Below are positions 54,357 through 64,000 of a stretch of DNA of 64,000 nucleotides, piece after piece. The DNA is from Eledone cirrhosa (Eukaryota). How positions within the stretch are numbered: the stretch's first letter is position 1; the number at the start of each line of letters is the position of its first letter. The position numbers were made by a program, and so were the translations under genes. The stretch is from contig OZ024751.1 of NCBI GenBank assembly GCA_964016885.1, positions 12,276,001 through 12,340,000 on the forward strand. The letters run 5' to 3'. The notes below the pieces were generated by a model that was not told the DNA's origin, did not search any database, and saw nothing but the letters and a program-made list of their open reading frames with translations.

Positions 54357-54523
54357 GAATACATAAATATATACTCATGAAGAAGGGCTGAACCCCGCTA
54401 TGTCAAACTTTCTTCCCCTTTTCCATATAAAGCGTGGAACTAATACGACATTTCGTACCTCTATTTGTTGTTTCCTTGAAAAAAAAGAAAGAATAATTAT
54501 ATATATATATATATATGTGTGTT

Positions 54524-54585
<62 letters not shown>

Positions 54586-54650
54586 TGTGTCTGTATATCT
54601 GTGTGTGTACGCGTACACACGAACAAACAAACAAAAAAGTTATCATATAT

Positions 54651-54835
54651 AATTATTTCTACTTTTGGTACAAGGCCAGCAATTATCCCAGTGTATTACT
54701 GGTACTTTATTTTATCGACCCCGTAAGGATGAAAGACAAAGTTAACCTCGGCGGGATTTGAACTCAGACCGTAACGGGCCATAACTCTTTGCTGAAAAGC
54801 ATGGCGTCCGACCCTCTACCGATACTGCCAATCCA
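54651..54835 (-). mobile_element. tRNA-derived SINE (family 1)
   Basis: Reverse complement of the consensus. Confidence 0.92.
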
Positions 54836-55714
54836 TAATGTTTAGTTTAACTGGTTTAGTTAGTCAGTCGAAACTGTCCGACACACGACTTCACTCTCAA
54901 TGTTCATTTGTCAGTAGGGAGTGGAGAGGGTTGATTAAATAAGGTCATATAATTGCTATTTCTAGGTCTATGTAACACCATTTAGATACTGTAAGATGAA
55001 TTATTAGCCGCACATAACGAGCGACAGTTCCTCATTATTCCCTCTTCCCAACTACAATTCTAATCAAGAATGAGGGACTTATATTTTCCTGTCACCATAT
55101 TGCATGCATGCATGAGCCTTTAACTTCTGGAGGAGTTGTAGGGGTGCAATCCTGGCATAAGGCATGTATTGGCCACTTACACATAGTGGAGCCCATCCCT
55201 CTTCAGGACGCCAACGTATTATCATATCCTAAAACATTTTTGTAAAGCTCTTCACCAGCAATTGTGTGGCCACAGTAAGTACCATATATGCTAAGCTGAA
55301 GGTATAGAGAAGATGTAAAGATTAATGAACACATCCTGGTAGTTATTAATCACCCATTGCGCCTTATGAATACGTTGAATAAGATGTTAACACGTGCCTC
55401 TGTACGAAACCAGTGGTATGAGGTTGACCTAGATAATAGACAATGCGACACACGCTGAAGACAAATGTTAATAATAACACGCACGATATCCAAAAGCGAA
55501 CCTCCTCTACACATACAAATACACACACATATATTCAACCTATTTTGTGAGCTATTCTAAAGCATCACCGCGCTTGAGCACATCATTATATATATATATG
55601 TGTGTGTGTATGTGTGTGTGTGTGTGTGCGCGCGCGTTTGTGTGTGTATATATATATGAATATATGTATATATATATGTATATATATAAATATATGTATA
55701 TATATAAATATATG

Positions 55715-55747
<33 letters not shown>

Positions 55748-55786
55748 GTATATATATGTATATATATATATATATGTATATATATG

Positions 55787-55820
<34 letters not shown>

Positions 55821-55822
55821 CA

Positions 55823-55858
<36 letters not shown>

Positions 55859-55886
55859 CATATATATATATAAGTTTGTATATATG

Positions 55887-55919
<33 letters not shown>

Positions 55920-55920
55920 A

Positions 55921-56060
55921 TAGAAAAAGAGTCAGGACCCCGACGGCTGAGTTCCGGCCGGGTCTTGAGTCCTTTACTATTACTACCCATTCTACTACCC
56001 AGTATCAAGTAGACTGGTGCGTTATGGTCCACCTGCTTCCTTACCACACTTCCTTTGTTA
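55921..56060 (+). mobile_element. Divergent copy of the 742-1026 family tail with a short hairpin
   Basis: CTACTACCCAGTATCAAGTAGACTGGTGCGTTATGGTCCACCTGCTTCCTTACCACACTTCCTTTGTTA. Confidence 0.8.
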
Positions 56061-56073
56061 TTCACACACACAA

Positions 56074-56150
<77 letters not shown>

Positions 56151-56247
56151 AAGTTGTATACAGTATAGCGATATAAGGTTGCGCTTACCAATGAAACGGT
56201 CGTAAACACCTGGATAAAATCCTTTTTTTAATGCTTACCTGTGTTTA

Positions 56248-56364
<117 letters not shown>

Positions 56365-56440
56365 CGAAATGTTCACTCTACGTGGCTGAATACAATTATC
56401 AGATTATATATATATATATATGTATATATATATAATCATT

Positions 56441-56652
56441 GAAGGCGTGTGGTTGAAACGTTAGAGAGTTGGATTCACAATCATGAGGTTGATAGTTCGA
56501 TTCCCGGACCAGGCGATGCGTTATGTCCTTGAGCAAGACACTTTATTTCACGTTGCTCCTTCTACCTGGAGTTGCGACCGATAGATAGTACTAGCAACTG
56601 GACAGACCGACGGAAACATTCTTTCCTCGGTCCGATTTGACGAAAGTCGATC
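56441..56652 (+). mobile_element. tRNA-derived SINE (family 2)
   Basis: Colinear with 17097-17308. Confidence 0.88.
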
Positions 56653-56983
56653 GATTAAAAATATATAATCAGACAGAAAATATTGAGGGAAGACATATAC
56701 ATATATACACAACCGCACAAACACACATAAACATATATTTTTGTAACTGTGTTTCTGTGTTTCTTTGGGGGAAGAGGGAGGGGGAATATGTGTACATGTG
56801 TGGGTGTGTATATGTGTGTGTGTTTGTTTCTGTGTAGATGTGTGTGTGTATATGTTTGTTTAAATCATACTCCCATGATATTCGAGGCATATGCGGTTGG
56901 TGTCCTTATTGAAACCTCTATCCACATTGTTCCGTCCCTATATGAAATTTACCCAACTCCCTCAACTATTATCTATAGTAACC

Positions 56984-57170
56984 GGCGGTGGAGTGGCAGT
57001 ATCGGTAGAGGGTCGGACGCCATGCTTTGACGCATAGAGTTACGGCCCTTGCCATTCTGAGTCCAAACCCGCCGAGGTTAACTTTGCCTTTCATCCTTAT
57101 GGGGTCGATAAAATTAAGTACCAGTAATGTACTGGGTAATTGCTGGCCTTGTGCCAATAGTAGAAACAAT
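56984..57170 (+). mobile_element. Family-1 SINE with a 15-bp target-site duplication
   Basis: ATTATCTATAGTAAC at 56968-56982 and 57169-57183. Confidence 0.93.
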
Positions 57171-57250
57171 TATCTATAGTAACAGGCTGTTATTTCAGTT
57201 ATTATCTTCGTTTGGGGTTCTCACATTTCTCACATATATTATATAGTAAT

Positions 57251-57432
57251 AATTGTTTCTACTTTTGGCACAAGGCCAGCAATTATATCAGTGTATTACT
57301 GGTACTTTATTTTATCGACCGCGTAAGGATGAAAGGCAAAGTTAACCTCCGCGGGATTTGAACTCAGACCATAAAGGGGCGTTACTCTATGCTGCAAAGC
57401 ATGGCGTCCGACCCTCTACCGATACTGCCAAT
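57251..57432 (-). mobile_element. Family-1 SINE
   Basis: Reverse complement of the consensus. Confidence 0.92.
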
Positions 57433-57488
57433 AGTACATGTATATGTATATGTGTGTGTGTGTGTGTGTATGTGTGTGTGTGTGTGTG

Positions 57489-57527
<39 letters not shown>

Positions 57528-57664
57528 TGTAGGTATGTGTGTGTGTGCTGTGTGTGTAGTGTAGGTATGTGTATGTATATGTGCATGTGTATGGGTCGAT
57601 GTATGTAGGAATACATGTATATACGGAGTGGTGTTGGAGGTGACTGTAACGTTGCGGATGTTAG

Positions 57665-58755
57665 AGGTGATGATGATGATGAGAACGATGACGATGATGA
57701 TGATGGTGATGATTATGACGATGACGATGATGGTGATGATGGTGAAGGTGATGGTAATGATGATGAAAATGATGATGATGATGACAATGATGGTGATGTG
57801 GTGATGATGGTGATGGTGATGGTGATGATGGTCATGGTCATGATGGTGATGGTGGTGGTGATGGTGATGGTGATGATGGTGATGGTGGTGATGATGGTGG
57901 TGATGATGATGGTGATGGTGGTGATGGTGATGATGATGGTGGTGAGAGATGATGGTGATGATGATGATGATGATGATGGTGATAGTGATGATGATGATGA
58001 TGATGATGATGGTGATGGTGGTGAATGTGATGGTGATGGTGATGGTGATGATGATGGTGATGGTGATAATGATGGTGGTGATGATGGTGATGGTGATGGT
58101 GGTGATGATGATGGTGATGGTGGTGATGGTGGTGATGGTGATGGTGGTGATGATGATGGTGATGGTAGTGATGGTGGTGATGATGATGGTGATGGTGATG
58201 GTAATGGGGATGGGGATGGTGGTGATGGTGATGGTGATGGTGATGGTGGTGGTGATGGTGGTGATGATGATGGTGATGATGATGGTGGTGATGATGGTGA
58301 TGGTGATGGTGGTGATGGTGATGATGATGACAATGGTGATGGTGATGATGATGATGGTGATGGGGATGGTGATGGTGATGATGATGGTGATGGTGATGAT
58401 GATGGTGATGGTGATGGTGGAGATGATGGTGATGGTGATGGTGGTGATGATGATGGTGATGATGATGGTGGTGATGATGATGATGGTGATGATGATGGTG
58501 GTGATGATGATGATGGTGATGGTGATACGCTCGCTTCTAACCCTAACAATCTGATGACGAAATGATGACGGCAATTATCTCTAAAAATCGAATGCAAATC
58601 ACTACAGATTTTGATGTGGTGGGTGTTGTTGTTGTTGCTGTTGTTGTTGCTGTTGTTGCTGTTGTTGTTGCTGTTGTTGTTGTTGTTGCTGCTATTGTTG
58701 TTGTTGCTGTTGCTGTTGTTGTTGTTGCTGTTGAAGGTGTTGTTGCTGCTGCTGC

Positions 58756-58792
<37 letters not shown>

Positions 58793-58883
58793 GCTGTTGC
58801 TGCTTTTGTTGTTGTTGTTGTTGCTGTTGTTGTTGTTGCTGCTGTGGTGTTGCTGTTGCTGTTGGTGTTGTTGTTGTTGTTGC

Positions 58884-58914
<31 letters not shown>

Positions 58915-58995
58915 GGTGTTGCTGTTGTTGTTGTTGTTGCTCTCATTGCTGCTGCTGTCACTGCTGCTGCTGTTGTTGTAGATGATATTGTTATT
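57665..58995. repeat. (GAT/GGT)n and (GTT/GCT)n trinucleotide arrays
   Basis: Directly visible. Confidence 0.95.
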
Positions 58996-59125
58996 GTTAT
59001 ACCATACAGAATCTATTCCCCTTAAAAGGTACACAGGGTCATTTGTAGCTCAACTCATCGAACAGAAGACATACACCTCTCTCTATCTCACTCTCTCTCT
59101 CCTTATCTCTCTCTCAATTTCTCTC

Positions 59126-59182
<57 letters not shown>

Positions 59183-59197
59183 ATCATTTTTTACATT

Positions 59198-59232
<35 letters not shown>

Positions 59233-59730
59233 GTGTGTATCATTCTTTACATCTCTCTCTCTATATATATAATTATCTACCAATCTCACTCTCGCTCTAT
59301 ATCCCGCCCCTCTCCCTCTCTCTCACCATTTATCCACCCCTCACCATTTCTCTCTCTCTCTCTCTCTGCAATCGATCAAACCAGCAAGCAGTGTGTGCTT
59401 CACGTATAATATAATAAATAGACCAATCACAATAATTTGTTTAATTACAAAACCTTAATTATCTGTTGAAGATGGGTTCGTGAATAATTACTTGGTTAGA
59501 AACTACTCCGCTGTAGAATTTATATGACAGATAAATTGTTATCTGCTACGTTAGTTACCATAATCAGTCATTGATAATGAGAGCTAAATCAGCAGGAATT
59601 CTCTGGAGTGGTTATCGACACAGTCATTTCGTAGCTTTTAACGTTATACTGAATGTGTATGTTTACTAGAATAATCTACTAAATCCGATCATGTTGTAGG
59701 ATAGAATATCTAAGGATTAATATCATTAAG

Positions 59731-60800
59731 TGCGGTAGATTGGTGGATCGTCGAATCGGCAGTAAAGGTAGAGCGTCGGACGACATGATTTTCAGCATAG
59801 ATTATGGCCCTTTACGTTCTGAGTTCAAAACCTGTCGAGATTACCGTTGCTTTTCATCCTTAATTGATCCAGAAAATGAAATATCAGTAACGTACTGGGA
59901 ATAATTCAGTCAATGTTCCGCCACCACCAAAATTGCAGGCCTTGTCTTTGGTCCTATATCAGAAATCATTAGGGGCAGTCAGTTGACATTATTGGTAGAG
60001 CGTCGGTGGATTGGCAGTATCGGTAGGGTGTCAGACGCCATGCTTTACAGCATAGAGTTATGGCCCCTTGCGTTCTGAGTTCAAATCCTGCCGAAGTTAA
60101 CTTTGCCTTTCATTCTTATGGGGTCGATAAAATAAAGTACCAGTAATGCTTGTGCCAAAAGTAGACACAATTATCGGTAGAGCGTCGGTCAACATTCTTT
60201 TCAGCATAGATTGCAACCCTTTACGTTCTGAGTTCGAAACCTGCCGAGATTACTGTTGCCTTTCATCCTTAAGTGGACCAGAAAATAAAGTATCAGTAAC
60301 GCACTGGGGCCGATCTAGTCGATGCTCCCGCTCCCCCAAAATTGCTGACCTTGTCCTTGTGCATGTATCAAAAACCATTATTAAGGGCAGTCAATAGGGC
60401 AGTGTCGATAGCGGGTTGGACACCAGGCTTTGCGGCTTAGAGTTACGTCCCTTTAAGTTCTGAGTTCAGAACGTGCCGAGGTTGACTTTGCCTTTCATCC
60501 TTACGGGGTCGATAAAATAAAATACCAGTAATGCACTGGATAATTGCTGGCCTTGTGCCAAAAGTAGAAACAATTATTAATTGGTGGTGGATCGGCAGAA
60601 TTGGTAGAGCGTCAGACACCATGCTTTGCAGCATAGAGTTATGGCAATTTACGTTCTGAGTTCAAATCCCTCCGAGGTTAACTTTGCCTTTCATCTCTAC
60701 GGGGTCGATAAAATAAAGTACCAGTAATACACTTGGATCAATTTAATCGGCTTTCGCCTCCCTTAAAATAGTTGGCTTTGTGCCTAAATCAGAAATTATT
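59731..60800 (+). mobile_element. Head-to-tail cluster of about 5 family-1 SINEs plus a head fragment
   Basis: CTGAGTTC cores near 59820, 60075, 60227, 60460 and 60656. Confidence 0.88.
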
Positions 60801-61154
60801 CAATGAAGTTGATGATGATGATGAAGATGATGATGATTATGGCAGTGATGACGAAGATGGTGATGAAGATGATGATTATAATGATGATCGTGATGATGAG
60901 GATGATGATGATATTGATGAGTCAGAGGGAATATGATGAAGATAATCTATTTCTTTCTTTATAAATGTCTAGGGGAAAATATATAAGGCAGAGTTGGAGT
61001 TGTCTGGTTGAGGACTAGGCTTCAAAACCCCGTGGTTTCGGGTTCAGTCCCACTGTGTGTTACATTGGTTAAAAGGCAATGAATAGGTATATGGGTGTGC
61101 GCTTGTGTGTGTGTGTGTGTGTGTATGTATGTGTGGGTGTGTGTGTGTATGTGT

Positions 61155-61194
<40 letters not shown>

Positions 61195-61196
61195 GT

Positions 61197-61276
<80 letters not shown>

Positions 61277-62083
61277 TTGCTGGGCCTTTCTCTGTTGTGA
61301 AGACGAGTGTACCAGTTTCTGGAACAACGAAGCTGTCTGCTCACAGTATTAAAGTGCAAGTGTCTGAGCATTCTACAGACATTTTCTTAACGTAGGTCTC
61401 AGCAATATTCGGTGAGACACAGCTTGTAACAATACTGGCCCTGTGAATTACAGATAGAGTGGAGTGAAGTGGATTGGAGCAACGTATCTTGCTCAAGGAC
61501 ACAACCTTACGATTGGGAGCCAATTACTCTAATCACAAAACCACCTGCTTTCACTAATTACATATATATATAGCACGGAAAATAACTATTCGATCATCCA
61601 TTGTATTGAACTTGATCAGAGCAGGGGATAACTGATGATGAAGATGATGATGATGATGATGATGATGTTGATTATGGCAGTGATGACGAAGATAGTGATG
61701 AAGATGATGAGTATAATGATGATCGTGACAATGATGATGATGATGATGATGATGATGATATTGATGATGGTGAAGATGACGATGGTGACCGTAATGATGA
61801 TGGTGATGATGATGATGATGATAATGATGATGATAATGATCATAGTTAAACTGGGAGTAAACAATAACAAAAATAACGACAACAATAACAACAACAATAT
61901 CAACATCAAATTTATTGACCCTACAGAAAAGGGGAGGAAATGTATATTTCTGTATAATTATTTACTGTATATAGTTTATTCATATATGTGCCATATATAT
62001 ATATATACATTAAATTTTGCTCTGGTACTTACATAGAACACTCTTCACTCCTATGACTTTTTCTATTTTCAACGGAAACTTCA

Positions 62084-62136
<53 letters not shown>

Positions 62137-62171
62137 ACATACATATCACACACACACACATATATATATAT

Positions 62172-62410
62172 ATATTGTTATAATTTGAGAGGGTCATGTT
62201 GTCAATAAGAAACACACGCACCAGTCGCTTTCACTCCAATTTAATATAAATTTAAAACATTTTTTTTTTTTTTAAATAGTTTTCCGGTTGGTTGTTCATA
62301 TATTGTCAAAGTTCTTTCGTCACACACCCTGTGATCTCTTCAGTGACTGGGGATTCTTTTCTTTGTTTTGTGCCTCTCCTTTGTTCTGTCCTACGCCATT
62401 TTGTTTTTGT
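62172..62410 (-). mobile_element. Solo PLE pLTR related to 14910-15130, with a hammerhead at 62305-62347
   Basis: Shares the block TTGTTATAATTTG...CAATAA...ACACACGCACC; minus strand GTCA-CTGAAGA-GATCACA gggtg TGTGAC-GAAA-GAAC-TT-TGAC. Confidence 0.8.
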
Positions 62411-62419
62411 GCATATATA

Positions 62420-62491
62420 TATATTTACACAGGCTTCTATATAAATATATATATACAGGCTTATATATATACATGCTTATATATATACATG

Positions 62492-62540
<49 letters not shown>

Positions 62541-62834
62541 TTTGGAAAATCTGCTTCCTAGAATCGAGACATATCCGAGAATCTTGCGATTTCAGAGTCA
62601 GGTTTGATGACTACATCGATTGTGCCTCGAGCTGGTCGCCAGAGAAACGATTGTAATACGTCTAATAAATCTTATTCGTCGCACCACTGATTCTCCGTTT
62701 CTTATATGATATTATACTCAGCTCTGTAAGACCATCGAGTGCTCAAACGGCATACCGCTTACGGACGCTTTATGTATCCCACACCAATTATATATATATA
62801 TATACATATATATATATGCTTATATATATGTGTG

Positions 62835-62895
<61 letters not shown>

Positions 62896-63018
62896 GTAAA
62901 CATATATATATGCTTATATATATGTATATATATATACATGCTTAAATATATATGCTTATATATATGTATATATATATATACATGCTTATATATATATGTA
63001 TATATATATATATACATG

Positions 63019-63053
<35 letters not shown>

Positions 63054-63057
63054 GCTT

Positions 63058-63137
<80 letters not shown>

Positions 63138-63141
63138 GCTT

Positions 63142-63172
<31 letters not shown>

Positions 63173-63947
63173 CACACACATATATATATATATATATTTA
63201 TATTCATGCTCATATATATGTATATGTATATGTTTGCAACTTCTGAGTTTATGACGTGTGTCTATGTTGGTGTGGGGTGAGAGTGACTTATTGTTTTAAC
63301 TACTAAACAATTTCGTTTGCAAAACTTATACCTGCATTGAGTAAAGGTGGTGCTTTCGACGTCTTTTTTTTGTTTTAGCTCAACTTTCTTTACTAAATCA
63401 TATAGACCCTAACTATTCCTTCTGGGCTTCATACATCAAAGAAAGCTGTCTAAACTGACGAAAGAGAGGAGAGGAACAAAGAGGGGAGGTAAGCATGAAT
63501 GAAAGACAGAATGAAAGGAAGAAAACATAGGAAGAAAAAGAAAGAAAAAAACAAAGAAAAAAATGAAGAAAAGAGAGAGAAAGAAAGATTAAAAGAAAGA
63601 AAGGAGAGAAGGAAAGTGAATTTTGTTTTATAAAAAGGACATATAAGTGTGAAGAAAAAATAAAAGAAATGATAATTCATCAATATGTTATCGAAAATAT
63701 AACAGAAGAGTTCACAGTGAAAAATAAATCTTTTCTTATGTTCATACTTATATAGATTATATATATATATGTGTGTGTGTATGTGTTATATATATATATA
63801 TATGTATGTAAGCATATATATGTATATATGTATACATAAATATATGTGTATATAAAAATATATATGTACATATATATATATATATATACATATATATATA
63901 CATATATATATAGATGTATATATATATATATAGATATATATATATAC

Positions 63948-63980
<33 letters not shown>

Positions 63981-64000
63981 CATACATATATACATATATA
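62420..64000. repeat. (TA)n fields with recurring CATGCT interruptions, short unique inserts and an AG-rich tract
   Basis: Directly visible. Confidence 0.85.

Noticed and set aside
58545-58575. Hammerhead at CTGATGACGAAA
   Set aside because: No stem II or stem I, and it sits next to (GAT)n, so it is a chance match.
57387-59034. His/Asp/Met/Gln-rich ORFs
   Set aside because: These come from (GAT/GGT) and (GTT/GCT) repeats that are open in several frames.

Overview
This is eukaryotic, AT-rich, microsatellite-saturated DNA with one 200-N gap. The repeat landscape is most like a coleoid cephalopod such as Octopus (inference). I can recognise no host protein-coding exon, and nearly all ORF-track entries are translations of simple repeats. 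The window holds a near full-length decayed Tx1/L1-clade LINE (18774-24262) plus three truncated relatives, two restriction-like-endonuclease (R4/Dong-type) retroelement 3' ends, and a Penelope-like element (PLE) remnant with a GIY-YIG domain. It also holds more than 20 copies of a tRNA-derived SINE, a second SINE family and large trinucleotide-derived minisatellites. The most notable hidden layer is about a dozen type I hammerhead ribozyme (HHR)-like motifs (CUGANGA...GAAA...UH), mostly in short non-coding cassettes next to (TA)n tracts. Six of them form a co-oriented cluster at 37.3-40.0 kb. Several long palindromes appear to be HHR 3' halves mirrored around the stem II loop. All structures were paired by eye; none was folded computationally or searched against a database.
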